A stretch of 64,000 bases of DNA from Octopus sinensis. Its lineage: Eukaryota. The notes beneath the pieces were generated by a model. That model was not told where the DNA came from, did no database searches, and saw only the letters and a program-made list of their open reading frames with translations. Below, one piece after another: positions 37,990-50,790 of this stretch; within the stretch, counting starts at the first letter, position 1, and each line of letters starts with the position of its first letter. The position numbers and the translations under genes were made by a program. The stretch is from positions 5,765,360 to 5,829,359 of the forward strand of contig NC_043019.1 of assembly GCF_006345805.1 (NCBI RefSeq), written 5' to 3'.

Positions 37990-38406
37990 TTTTTTTACTC
38001 TTTTTACTTGTTTCAGTCATTTGACTGCGGCCATGCTGGAGCACCGCCTTTAATCGAGCACATCGACCCCGGGACTTATTCTTTTGTAAGCCCAGTACTT
38101 ATTCTATCGGTCTCTTTTGCCGAACCGCTAAGAGACGGAGATATAAACACACCAGCATCGGTTGTCAAGTGATGTTGGGGGGACAAACACAAACACACAA
38201 ATACACACACACATATACATATACAAATATATACATATATACGACAGGCTTCTTTCAGTTTCCGTCTACCAAATCCACTCACAAGGCTTTGGTCGGCCCG
38301 AGGGTATAGTAGAAGACACTTGCCCCAGATGCCACGCAGTGGGACTGAACCCGGAACCATGTGGTTGGTTAGCAAGCTACTTACCACACAGCCACTCCTG
38401 CGCCTA
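37990..38406 (-). mobile_element. SINE family A, full length
   Basis: Homology to family A. Confidence 0.9.
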
Positions 38407-38690
38407 CATAATAATTATACATAATAATTTCTTTTTAAACAGGTGTTTTTATATGCATGCAAACAATGAACATTAACTGAACGAAGGACTCCGTCTATGT
38501 GTGGAGTCAAATATCGGCCATAATTGTATTGACAGCAACTTTGAAGATGTGCCAAGCCATAAGTTCATTCAATCTGTCTCCTTCAATAAACCACAACTCA
38601 ATGAATTTTCCAGGACAGCATCAATAAAATTGCATAGTGTGAGCATATATGTGTGTGTCAATATACACATAGGTTTATACATTTATATAC

Positions 38691-38732
<42 letters not shown>

Positions 38733-38886
38733 TATATACATATATATATATATATTATATATATATATATATATACATACATACACACACACATACACAC
38801 ACATAAATATATATATATATATAGAGAGAGAGAGATACATACATATATTTATATACATATATATGTAGGTATGTGTATATATATGT

Positions 38887-38922
<36 letters not shown>

Positions 38923-38979
38923 GATTGTCACTTAAGCATAAACTTCCCCCCATACACATGTATTTATGTATATATATAT

Positions 38980-39378
38980 AGGAGCAAGAGTGGCTGTGTG
39001 GTAAGTACCTTGCTTACCAACCACATGGTTCCGGGTTCAGTCCCACTACATGGCACCTTGGGCCATGTACTCTTCTACTATAGCCTCGGACTGACCAAAG
39101 CTTTGTGAGTGGATTTGGTAGACGGAAACTGAAAGAAGCCCATATATATATATATGTTTGTGTGTCTGTGTTTGTCCCCCCCACCACCACCACCAACATC
39201 GCTTAACAACTGATGCTGGTGTGTTTACTTCCCCGTAACTTAGCAGTTTGGCAAAAGATACCGATAGAATAAGTACTAGGTTTACAAAGAATAAGTCCTG
39301 GGGTCGATTTCCTCGACTAAAAAGGCGGTGCTCCAGCATGGCCACAGTCAAATGACTGAAACAAGTAAAAGAGTAAAG
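38980..39378 (+). mobile_element. SINE family A, full length
   Basis: Homology to family A. Confidence 0.88.
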
Positions 39379-39487
39379 AGATATACACACACATACATAC
39401 ACATATATATAAATGTAGGGGTGGTTGTGTATATGTATATAGTTAGACAGACGTGGGGGAGCTTGTGTGTGTGTGTATATATATATA

Positions 39488-39652
39488 TATACTTCATTTA
39501 AAGCAGCAGAAAATTCAACAAAACTTGTTACTCTGAGTTTCACGTTGCCGTTTATCGGACAGTTTTTCTAGCAAAAACTGTCCAATGAATGGCAACCTGA
39601 AACTCAGAGTAACAGGTTTTGTTGAATTTTCTGCTGCTTTAAATAAAGCATA
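39488..39652. mobile_element. 165-bp palindrome with outward-facing hammerhead-like folds
   Basis: Arms of about 80 bp around a 2-3 nt centre; consensus of the arms is CAAAAACUGU-CCGAUGA-ACG-GCAA-CGU-GAAA-CUC-A-GAG-UA-ACAGGUUUUG. Confidence 0.75.
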
Positions 39653-39718
39653 TTACTCTACCACTGGTATTTGAGTACTCTTTTTTTCCACCTTGTTTCA
39701 CATTTATGTGTTTACTCT

Positions 39719-39753
<35 letters not shown>

Positions 39754-39827
39754 AAAGCATGGTGCATGCTACCAATCCATCAATCCTGTTTGTATATACT
39801 TACACACTCGTGTGCATATATGTATAC

Positions 39828-39862
<35 letters not shown>

Positions 39863-40305
39863 CAAATATATATATATATATATACACTATGTTGATACAC
39901 ATAACATTTACATGTACCTGTAAACATCAAGCCCAGCCTAAACACCCTCTCACCCTCAACTCTTCAAAAACCCTCCACAACCACACAACCAGGGTAATGT
40001 CATCAGCTCTGTTGACTGAAGACAGAAATTACAGACAAGTGTAATCGGTAAATTGGAGTCTCTCAACAAAGGACTAAAATACCTCTCCTCTACTGCATTC
40101 CAGTGTTGGACTGTTTCAGCATTAACACAGGTTGGTGTAAATACGGATTCACCAACATCCTCAGCCTAGAAAGCTGTTCCTCTTCACATTTGAACAGAAA
40201 TATTTGCAGAGATTCGTTGCTTATTTGTTTTAGCGAAGAATCTAGGAAGGGAATATTTCAAAGTCAATTTCAAATATTGATATAGTGTCTTTCTGGTTAA
40301 CTCAC

Positions 40306-40468
40306 TCTGACCCCGGTATTTGCTGAGAGCAGACTTAGTTCATGTCCCCTAAAATATTGTACTACGCCCCACTTCCATCGTCAGATAATCTCTAGACTGA
40401 GTAGATGTTGACTCTCTACTTGACTTTAACAGCTGAAGGTTGAGCATTGGTGGGTGTGGGAGGACACA
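40306..40468 (-). other. Possible exon (coding status unclear)
   Basis: Strong acceptor cctttctattttcag and donor A|GTGAGT, but every frame has a stop. Confidence 0.2.
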
Positions 40469-40534
40469 CTGAAAATAGAAAGGATTGAGAGGGGCAGTTG
40501 GTACGTTTGCTATGAGTTGCTTGGGGGCATATAT

Positions 40535-40845
40535 TCTTTTACTCTATTATTTGTTTCAGTCCTTAGACTGTGGCCATGCTGGGGTCCCATGCTGAAGAGT
40601 TTTTAGTCAAATGAACCAACCCTAGTACTTTATTTTTAAGCCTGGTACTTGTTCTGTTGAGCTGCTAAGTTATTGAGATGTAAACAAACCAACACACACA
40701 CATGACAGGCTTCTTTCAGTTTCCATCTACAAAATCTACTCATAATGCTTTGGGGTTATAATAGGAGACACTTGCCCAAGGTGCCATACAGTGGGACTGA
40801 ACCTAGAACCATGTGGTTGGGAAGCAAACTTCTTACCGTACAGCT
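40535..40845 (-). mobile_element. SINE family A, degenerate
   Basis: Homology to family A. Confidence 0.7.
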
Positions 40846-41918
40846 GTGTCTGTTCACACACACACACACACACACACAACACACACATGTGTGCACACAC
40901 ATATATATATATATATACACACACACATACACACATGTAGATACATACATACACAAATGCACACAAACAGCCCTATCAAAAACATTGGGAGGACCACAAT
41001 TTCTGCTCAAGTACTCAATAACATACTAATGACTGTAGAGATTTGTTTATTCAAATAATGACATTTACAAGACTAGCTGCATTTCTTTTGACTTTTGAGA
41101 TCAAATCCTTATATATGTGTGTATGTGTGAGTTTGTATGAGTGCATGTATGTGCATGTGTGTGTGTGTGTGTGTGTGTGTATGTTAGGATGTTTTAGGAA
41201 CCTGCCAGGATCTGAAACTTTTTAAAAATATTTGTCTCAAAACTACCTGTTTTACCTAAGTGGAAGTGAGAATGACCTTTAAGACCATTAACTTGTGTCT
41301 GTGAAGGCACTGAGGATTGAACCTTTAATGATTTGTTTGAAAGTCATTCAGCTGCCTCTTTTGCCCTCCTACACTTTTACTGTGCCATAACCACACATGA
41401 CGAATAGGTGACAATCAATGACCTCACCAGAATGACATCACCAGACTTAATTTTCTTTTTAGAAGATCAATCCACCATCCCTTATATATCATCACGACAG
41501 GCTTAAAGCCGAATGTCTGAAGTGTATCCAACAAGATCCACCTTTTTGATCCTTATACTGAAAGTATCAGCTCCCAATTTCATTACAGTCACAAAAACAG
41601 GGCACGTGTTTTGGTGTTTTTACCATGGCTGGTTACAACTTGCTTTGTAAAGACAGAATTAATCATTGTTGAGTTGGTGTGATGGTCCACATTCATTCAA
41701 ACTTTTCAACAATTCCTTGTGATGATCTGAACCAATCACAACAAAAGGTATTTTTCTGTGATATAAGCATAGGTATGTCAACACTTCAACTACCATCAAC
41801 AGTTTTTGATATCCTCAATGCAGAGCCTAGGAAAAAGCCATTTATGTTTCCATTGCTGGTGATTTCAATTATCCTAAGATTGATTGGGAAATCTTTTGTT
41901 GGCTGCAAAGTACAAATC

Positions 41919-42199
41919 CTGTTGTGTCTGGGGAGAGTCATTTTCTTTTTGTGCCTTATAATGTAACACACCCACCAGTAAAATTTCCAATTATTTTTTC
42001 CTTATTTTTATTTTCCTAAAATTTTCGTTGCATCTTGCAACCTTTTCAACAGTTTTGAAGGGTTCGAAACTGTTGAAAAAGTTGCAAGACGCAACGAACA
42101 TTTTAGGAAAATAAAAATAAGAAATAAGTGGAAATTTTACCGGTGAGTATGTTACATAATAAGGCACCAAAAGAGAATGACTCTCCCCAGACACAACAG
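41919..42199. repeat. Palindrome with arms of about 135 bp
   Basis: CTGTTGTGTCTGGGGAGAGTCATT... mirrors ...AATGACTCTCCCCAGACACAACAG; loop near 42058-42066. Confidence 0.85.
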
Positions 42200-42499
42200 A
42201 ATATGCTTCAACACACGAACTCACATAAAGAATCTTGCAAACCAAATCCAAAAACGAAATATAAAGTACAAATCATTTTCTTGATTAGTGCTGGATTCGA
42301 GCTGGTCCCAAGAAGTCACCTCCTCTACAAGGGGTAGTAACACTTTAGATCCACTCTTTACCATTACACCTGAAATGGTCCCTACTGAAGAACCTTTACA
42401 CAACTGTGATCATGCTGTGATCACTGACAATCTGTATCATATGGGTATTATCTGTATTATTATACAATCTGTATCAGAGACCTCCTTCGATCACGACAC

Positions 42500-42818
42500 A
42501 GACCATGGGATTGCACCTAGAAAGTTACCCTCCTAGACACAAGTCCGGGCGAGGTTGTTTATGGAAGACCAGCAGTCGCCCATGCATACCAGCCTCCCCG
42601 CTCCACACCACCAGTGTTATCCAAGGGAAAGGCAAAGGGGCCAATACAGCTTAGCACTAGTGACATCGCAACTCATTTCTACAGCTGAGTGAACTGGAGC
42701 AACGTGAAATAAAGTGCCTTGCTCAAGAACACAACACGCAGCCCGGTCCGGGATTCGAGCTCACAACCTCACGATCGTTTGCTCGACGCTCTAACCACTG
42801 AGCTATGTGCCTTCACAC
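42500..42818 (-). mobile_element. SINE family H (G-type core, different tail)
   Basis: tRNA-like head, TGTTCTTGAGCAAGGCACTTTATTTCACGTTGCTCCAG core as in 2671-2996, unrelated tail. Confidence 0.85.
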
Positions 42819-42821
42819 GTA

Positions 42822-42944
42822 TCTCTCTATATATAAACGGCAAAATGTCTGCGTGCGTGCCCTTTATACAAATCCACAATTTTTCAGTTAGAGGGCTCGC
42901 ACTTTCTATGGTCATTCAAAATCATTGCCGGGTCAAAGTGCTAG
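42822..42944 (+). mobile_element. 123-bp Helitron-like miniature element
   Basis: Begins TC(TCTCTATATATAAA), ends CTAG, sits between host A and T, no TSD; the 3' hairpin is not clear. Confidence 0.55.
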
Positions 42945-44034
42945 TTATATTATTAAAACCCATCACCACCTCAAATTGCTTGCTTTGACTGAAACAAAGC
43001 AGAGTGATACTCTCACTGCTTAGAGCTACAATGCCCAAACTGGTTTGAATTTCACGATTTTGGAAATGTCAATTCTGTATTTCAGAAGATCTTCAATTCA
43101 ATCTAGGCAACATGTGAAGCATCTAAAACATTAAAAATTCCATAAGTGCAATTTGGGAGACTGCAGCAGTTCAACTTGCCAGGAAAGAACATTGTGATGC
43201 TGAACAGGTATACAGACCACTTATCTGCTTTTCAAACATGGTGGGTTCTTTCTTCTGCACCAGCTTTCGTTCTTTTGCCAATTCTGCTTTAATAACTGTG
43301 TTGTTTTGGAGTAATGGGAAATCGCCAGTGTTGTTCCCTTTTTGCCTTGTTAAAAATGGGTGATCCCATATCATCTGTCAACTACCATCCAGTCAGTCTC
43401 ATTAGCTGCATCAGCAAAGTGATGGGCTCCCATATCAGAGAAGCACTCTAAAACTTCTGGAACCCTCACAACTTAGATTTATTCCTAACTCCAACTACTG
43501 TGGCTAACACATGGAGTTTCTAGCAGATATATCTGAATCACTGATGGCAACTCAGGGTGGATGTTCTTTATCTTGACTTTGGCCTTCAATTCTATGCCAA
43601 ACAGAAGATTTACAACAAAACTCTCAGCAATGGTGGGAGAGATGATCTTTATAACTGGTTGAAGCCTGTCGTTTTCAGTCAAAAACAGGTAGTCACTGCA
43701 TTCTGCACCCTATGAGAGGACATCTGGTGTGACACAGGGATCTGTTCTTGGAACCCTGTCGTTTGTTGCATATATTAATGACATTGATGCCTATTTAAAG
43801 AATGATACAATGTTGAAATATGCAGATGCCATCAAGTTGTAACTTGAGATAAAACAAACAGATCCGATAAGGCTATAAATCTGTCCTGCTTTCCAGACCT
43901 GAACACAGTGCAACAATGGATTATTGACTGACAACTCAAGCTGGCTGTGGACAAATGCATTACCATACATTTTGGAAGGAAAATTCCAGCTTTTACATAC
44001 TCCGTCCACAACACCAATCTTAAGAATGTGCTAG

Positions 44035-44316
44035 TGAATGTACCAAAGGTGGCACGCAGTGGAACTGAATCTGGAACCATATGGTCGGAAAGCAAGCTTC
44101 TTATTTCTTTATTGCCCACAAGGGGCTAAACACAGAGGGGACAAACAAGTACAGACAAAGGGATTAAGTCGATTACATCGACCCCAGTGCGTAACTGGTA
44201 CTTAATTTATCGACCCAGAAAGGACGAAAGGCAAAGTCGACCTCAGCGGAATTTGAACTCAGAATGTAGCAGCAGACGAAATACTGCAAAGCATTTTTCC
44301 CGGCGTGCTAACGTTT
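44035..44316 (-). mobile_element. SINE A head fragment joined to a SINE B copy, inserted in the CR1
   Basis: Homology to both families; CR1 sequence resumes near 44320. Confidence 0.8.
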
Positions 44317-44999
44317 CCCACATATATCAACAGCTCAGAAAGAATGCATTGTCAACTGCAATTTGTGTTGGACAGACCACATTTCTAAAATTGACAAGAA
44401 GGCTGAGGGTGTCTTGGCATCCCTCAGTATGACCTTTGTCTGCCATTCTCCAGCTATCTATTTAAAGTTGTATGTGGCTATGAAACATTCACACTTAGAT
44501 CTTGTATCACCAGTCTTGCAACCCTTATCTTGCTCAAAATGTCAATTTCCTGTAAACTATCAAGAAATGTGCAACCAAACAAATACCCACCATCAGGTAT
44601 TTACCATACCCCAAACAGCTTGCATTCCTGGGCATGGGTACATTAAAGTTCCAACACTTAGCAACTGTTTTGGTAGACACCCACAAGATGATCCACCATT
44701 TTTCCAGCAACAACCTTGGGCCCCTTTTGAAATTCTATGTCTAACACATAAGTGGACACGCTAACAAAATCAGAAAGCAGCACCCATGACTTTCAGAAAC
44801 AATTGGGGTAGTTTATTCCATTGCTGAAGCATGGAATAAACTACCCCCATCAGTTGTCAGCTATTGGGACATTACATCCTTCAGAATTGCCATGCTTCCT
44901 GAAATTTGCAACAGTACACCTAATGTTCTCCCACCTTTTTGGGGGGGATTCATTCACTGTTCACTTTCCCATCTTTTCTTGTGCATTATTCTATGCTCT

Positions 45000-45424
45000 A
45001 GGCGCAGGAGTGGCTGTGTGGTAAGTAGCTTGCTAACCAACCACATGGTTCCGGGTTCAGTCCCACTGCATGGCATCTTTGGCAAGTGTCTTCTGCTATA
45101 GCCCCGGGCCGACCAAAGCCTTGTGAGTGGATTTGGTAGACGGAAACTGAAAGAAGCCTGTCGTATATATGTATATATATGTATGTGTGTGTATATGTTT
45201 GTGTGTGTATATGTTTGTGTGCCTGTGTTTGTCCCTCTAGCATTGCTTGACAACCGATGCTGGTGTGTTTACGCCCCCGTCACTTAGCAGTTCGGCAAAA
45301 GAGACCGATAGAATAAGTACTGGGCTTACAAAGAATAAGTCCCGGGGTCGATTTGCTTGACTAAAGGCGGTGCTCCAGCATGGCCGCAGTCAAAATGACT
45401 GAAACAAATAAAAGAGTAAAGAGA
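45000..45424 (+). mobile_element. SINE family A, full length
   Basis: Homology to family A. Confidence 0.9.
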
Positions 45425-46412
45425 GTATACATGCATTTTTAGCTGCATTTTCTGATGAGTTGAAGTGCACCTGAGCCCTGTACACAATAAGTACATTATA
45501 TATATACAGAAATTGAACCTATGCCACAGATGTTATTTGCCAAGTGATTAACATCGACTTTATGGTAGTAATTAAAAGAAAGGTATAAGCTGTGTAACCA
45601 TCTGCTGCATTACCTAACCATTTTAAACTTTCTATTTATCTGAAGATCTTCAAATAACAATTCCATTGATTTGGTATTTCCATTTATGATGGAATCTATT
45701 ACACGTGCAGACACTAACATCTGTTTATTATACACAGAGAATACACCATCCTCTCTGACCGTCTCTTTGTATCTCCGTGAGTAAATATTATTTCGCAGTT
45801 TTGTCAATGCCACAGGAATCTTCTGTTGTAATACTGGAACATTAAATATGATATTTAATTGTCCTTGCAGACATTTCCATTAATGTTCTTCCTTGTTACA
45901 ACTTTCACAAAATACTTTCGGTATTTTCTCAGCTTTCTTCCTTTGTTCCTGCATATAATTCCCACACATTTTCACCACTGAATACAGAGCTATTTAATTC
46001 TCCCCCACCTCTCTTTCTCTCCCCTCTCTCTCACAGTGTGTGTGTGTGTGTGTGTGTGGGAGAGAGACAATATAGACACACAAACACACTTTGCACACTC
46101 ACATAGTATGAGTCTATGTTATAGTCAACAGCATGTGTCGAAACATTGTAATTTTAAAAATTCAGTCTTCAACAATTATATTCGGCTGTCTTTGTTGTAG
46201 TCTCAATTCTCTGAAATTCTTCACTTTTTGCTTTTATCAAAACTCCTGATCACCACAGTCCTTTTCAAACACACACACATTACAAAGACTCACTGTGGGG
46301 GCAAATAAAAATGTAAACACATTCTTTGTACGCTGTTGATATGTGGGGAAAATAAAGAGTTTCCTGATGGACCATTTCAAGTCTGTCTTTTCCTCAGAAA
46401 AAGATATTCTTT

Positions 46413-46558
46413 TCATTATTTACATTATTTACATTTGACGATATTTGCCCTCATCTTGTTTGTTGTTAACACAAACGTTTCGTCTGATATAGCCTCCAGC
46501 CTTCTCGGTGTTGGGGGGGAAATTTTCAAACCTGGGTTTATTCCTAAGATATTTTAAA

Positions 46559-46598
<40 letters not shown>

Positions 46599-46682
46599 TA
46601 ATAAGAACACTACATAATAATGATAATAATAATATAACAATAATAATAAGGATATAAGAATAATAAAACAATAATAATAATG

Positions 46683-46718
<36 letters not shown>

Positions 46719-46799
46719 TAATATAATAACATAATAATAATGATAATAATAATAATAATAATAATAACTAATAATAATAATAGTAATAACTAATATAAT

Positions 46800-46833
<34 letters not shown>

Positions 46834-46979
46834 TCGAAAAATACCTTAGGAATGAGAACCCAGGTTCGAAATTTCCCCAAGACACCTGATGAAGGCTGGA
46901 GAATATATCAGCCGAAATGTTGTGTTAACAACAAACAAGATGAGGACAAATATCCGTCAAATATGAATAATGTAAATAA
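46413..46979. mobile_element. Inverted pair of hammerhead-bearing arms of about 140 bp around an (AAT)n/(AAC)n tract
   Basis: 46413-46556 is the reverse-complement homologue of 46838-46979. Confidence 0.8.
46881..46926 (+). ncRNA. Minimal type I hammerhead ribozyme
   Basis: GACAC-CUGAUGA-A-GGCUG..CAGCC-GAAA-UG-UU-GUGUU; the mirror arm keeps GAAACGUU (palindromic ACGU). Confidence 0.75.
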
Positions 46980-47017
46980 TTCCTCATCTCTTAAATATAG
47001 AACACATATTCTTTTAT

Positions 47018-47372
47018 TCTTTTATTGCTTCAGTCTTTTGACTGTGGCTATGCTGGAGCACTGCCTTTAGTCGAGCAAATCGACCCCAGGACTTATTCTT
47101 TGTAAGCCTAGTACTTATCTTATCGGTCTCTTTTGCCGAACCACCAAGATATGGAGATGTTAAAACATCAACATCGGTTGTCAAGTGATGGTGGGGGGAT
47201 AAGCACGCACACACACATATGATGAGCTTCTTTCAGTTTCCGTCTACCAAATCCACTCCCAAGGCTTTAGTCGGGCTGAGGCTATAGTAGAAGACACTTG
47301 CCCAAGGTGGGACTGAACCCATAACCAAGTGGTTTGGAAGCAAGCTTCTTACCACACAGCCACTCCTGCACC
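47018..47372 (-). mobile_element. SINE family A
   Basis: Homology to family A. Confidence 0.85.
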
Positions 47373-47665
47373 TGGTTTCCTTCTCTAGTCAATAACATAG
47401 GACAGCTGCTATATAAAGAAGAACTATTGATTGGAGAAGGAAGCTGGGTTTGTCTTCTCCAAAGAGACATACTTGTAGAAATAGTCCATCAGGAAACTTC
47501 CTATCTTCCCACAGATATCAACAGCTCGGAAAGAATGCATTTCAGTTTTTATTTCTTCCCCAGGGAGTTTTCATAATGTCCCTAAATCGTGTCGTTATCA
47601 ACAAACCACAAAACGGTCCATCAGAAGACTCTCTGTGTTTAAATTCTTATTTAATACACAGTGAA

Positions 47666-47770
47666 ACTTCATCATCATCATCATCATCATCGTTTAATGT
47701 CCGTTTTCCGTGCTAGCACGGGTTGGATGGTTCGACCGGGGTCTGGCAAGCCAGAAGGCTGCACCAGGCC
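47666..47770 (-). mobile_element. Family D 3' fragment
   Basis: (CAT)n-CGTTTAATGTCCGTTTTCCGTGCTAGC. Confidence 0.75.
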
Positions 47771-47864
47771 CCTCCTTCTTTCCTTCTTTCCTGAGCGTCC
47801 AATAATACTATATTTGTTCCACGTCCTCGTGTTGTAGTGTTTTTTTGTGCTTTCTTGTTTGGAT

Positions 47865-47909
<45 letters not shown>

Positions 47910-48244
47910 GTATATATATGTATATATATATATATATATATACATACATATATACACATATTGATACACATACACATATATACGTATAAACATATACACA
48001 TATATGCATATAAATGTAAGTGTATGTGGTTATGCATGTGTGTTTAGCACTGAAAGGAATGGTGCATCCTTGAGAAAAACGAATTTGATTTTTGAAATCT
48101 GCATCCTAAAGAGAAGATTGTCTGTAAATAATAATAAAAAAAGTATAATTTGCCATAAGAAATAATTCAATTTTTAGCTTGACAACTCTATTCTCTATCT
48201 GTCACCATCAATTGCTCTCAGTTATTTACCACACAGTTATTCAC

Positions 48245-48413
48245 TTTTATATATATTATATGTATGTATATATATATATATATTATATATATAGATATAT
48301 ATATATTATATATATATTATATGTAATGTATGTATATAATATATGATGTATTATGTCTCTTATGTATGTATGTATGTTGTATGTATATATATAATATATA
48401 TATATATATACAT

Positions 48414-48474
<61 letters not shown>

Positions 48475-48580
48475 TATACATACATATATTCATATACATA
48501 TATACATATACACACACACATACATATATATATACACATACATATATATTTACACATATATATACATAGATACGTATATA

Positions 48581-48630
<50 letters not shown>

Positions 48631-49046
48631 GTGTATATATATATATATATGTATATATATGTGTGTTATATATAGTTTGGTGCCCCAGCATGGCTGCGGC
48701 GGCTTCGGCTAAAGCATTTTTAAGGATTTAAGGATATGTATATGTATATATATATACATATATATATAATTATGTATGTATATATGTATATGTATGTTTA
48801 TATATTTTTATATATATGTAAATATATATATACATGTATATATATATTAATATGTATGTATATATATATATTATATATATATATATATCTTACATATATA
48901 TATATTATATATATATTATATATAACATATATATATTGTGTGTGTGTATTTATATATCTATGTATACATATATATAATCATACATATATATACATATATA
49001 CATACATACATACATACATACATACATACATACATACATACATACA

Positions 49047-49082
<36 letters not shown>

Positions 49083-49085
49083 TAA
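48245..49085. repeat. (TA)n/(TACA)n microsatellite complex
   Basis: Direct reading. Confidence 0.9.
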
Positions 49086-49804
49086 ATGAAGTGGTGAATT
49101 GAGGTAAGCATATGAGTTTTCAAAGTATAATTTATATGACCAGAATTTGCTACAAATGTGATTACATTATTTGATATCACAACATATAATTATATATTCA
49201 ATTCCAAACACAGCGAGAGTAGATAGTTGTGTTTTATTCACTAACTGCAGCCTTTGTAGTGTGTGTGAGTATGTGTGTGTGAGTGTGTGCGTGCGTGTGT
49301 GTGTGTGTGTGTGTGCTTGTGTGTGTGTGTGTGTGTGTGTGTTATGATTCTCCACTGTAGCTTGCAGTGCAATTTACAACCGTAGTCATTTGTTGATTTG
49401 AAATGGTAAATTCCACTCCACCTACAGGAAATTTGCCATTACAAAACAACAAATGACTTCAGTTGTAAATTATAAGTTGTAAACAGACACACACACACAC
49501 ACAGAGTGGTGAGTTGAGGTAAGCATATGTGTTTTTTAAGTTTCTTTATTGGCCACACAGGGCTGCACACAGATGGGACAAGTTACAAGGTAGAGCTTTT
49601 CTTTTGGGGGATGAAAAAAACAAAAAACCAAAAAAAAACAAAAAAGGTGGCGTAGGTTTTCGATCAAAAGGGATCGTAAAAGGGGAAAAAAAGAACAAAA
49701 AATGAAATTAAACAAAGAAAAGAAAAAAAAGAAAAAAAGGTACAAATGGGATTCCATTATTTGATATTACAACATTTAAATAATGTATTTATTTCCAAAC
49801 ATAG

Positions 49805-49841
<37 letters not shown>

Positions 49842-50399
49842 TGTGTGTGTGTGTGTGTGTGTGTACGTGTGTGTGTGTGTGTGTGTGCATGTACTGAATG
49901 AGAGACAGAGAGAGAATAAATAGATTGTGTGTCAAACGTGTTTGTATTTCTGCTTTACATTTCTTCACTTCAAGGTTGCTTATATTTGCTGGGTTATTTA
50001 TGAATATATGTTTTTTTGCATGTATACACCATTATCCCCTGCAAACAGAGTGGCCACATTAAAAAAAGCCGTTGCAACAATCACATAAGAGAGAAACTTC
50101 ATCTTTCACACAAAAATCCAGTTGAAGGGAAGAAAGAGAAATAGACATTTCCCCAAGTTATCTCCCTTCTTATAGCCTCTTCTATTACAGTTTAAGCTGA
50201 GAGAAGTCGTCCAGCTTTGGTCGATCTGTGACGGTCAAACTAAATAAAAATAATTTTATATTTTATATTGTGAGTTCAAATCCCTGCCAGGACTGCCTTT
50301 ATCTTTCGAACTCTTATTTTGTTAGTTTTGTTTAGCCCCGGGTCAGACCTGGTAGTTAATAACACCCCAGCTATGAGTATCTTTCTTGTATATTCTTTT

Positions 50400-50790
50400 C
50401 TACTCTAGGTACAAAGCCCAGAATTTTGGGGAGGGGGCCAGTCCATTAGATCGACCCTAGTACGCAACTGGTACTCAATTTATCGACCACAAAAAGGATG
50501 AAAGGCAAAGTCGACCTCAATGGAATTTGAACTCAAGACGTAAAGACAGATGAAATACATATTTCTTTACTAACCACAAGGGGCTAAACACAGAGAGGAC
50601 AAACAAGGACAGACAAACCGATTAAGTCGATCATATCGACCCCAGTGCGTAACTGGTACTTATTCAATCGACCCCGAAAGGATGAAAGGCAAAGTCAACC
50701 TCGGCGGAATTTGAACTCAGAACGTAGCGGCAGACGAAATACTGCTAAGCATTTCGCCTGGCGTGCTAACGATTCTGCCTGCTCACCACC
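50400..50790 (-). mobile_element. SINE family B dimer
   Basis: Two B cores with the same junction as 33686-34078. Confidence 0.85.

Larger units (their letters stand above)
42280..44930 (+). pseudogene. Decayed CR1-like LINE ORF2 (APE end through RT and C-terminus) with nested insertions
   Basis: TRGSNTLDPLF..CDHAVI (APE end); VNYHPVSLISCISKV; DVLYLDF; QGSVLG; YINDI; KYADAIK; WTDHISKI..KAEGVL; AEAWNKLP. Confidence 0.85.

Noticed and set aside
40360-40384. Isolated CTGANGA heptamers on the minus strand (40378-40384; also near 54825 and 55360 inside CR1)
   Set aside because: No downstream stem-GAAA; such heptamers are expected by chance in 64 kb.
41300-41918. Possible decayed TE coding sequence on the minus strand (KKIKSGDVILVR, resembling an integrase C-terminal motif)
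   Set aside because: It is a single short motif amid many stops and cannot be assigned without a search.
45452-45500. CTGATGA at 45452-45458 followed by an imperfect hairpin
   Set aside because: No GAAA and no stem I pairing in this copy.
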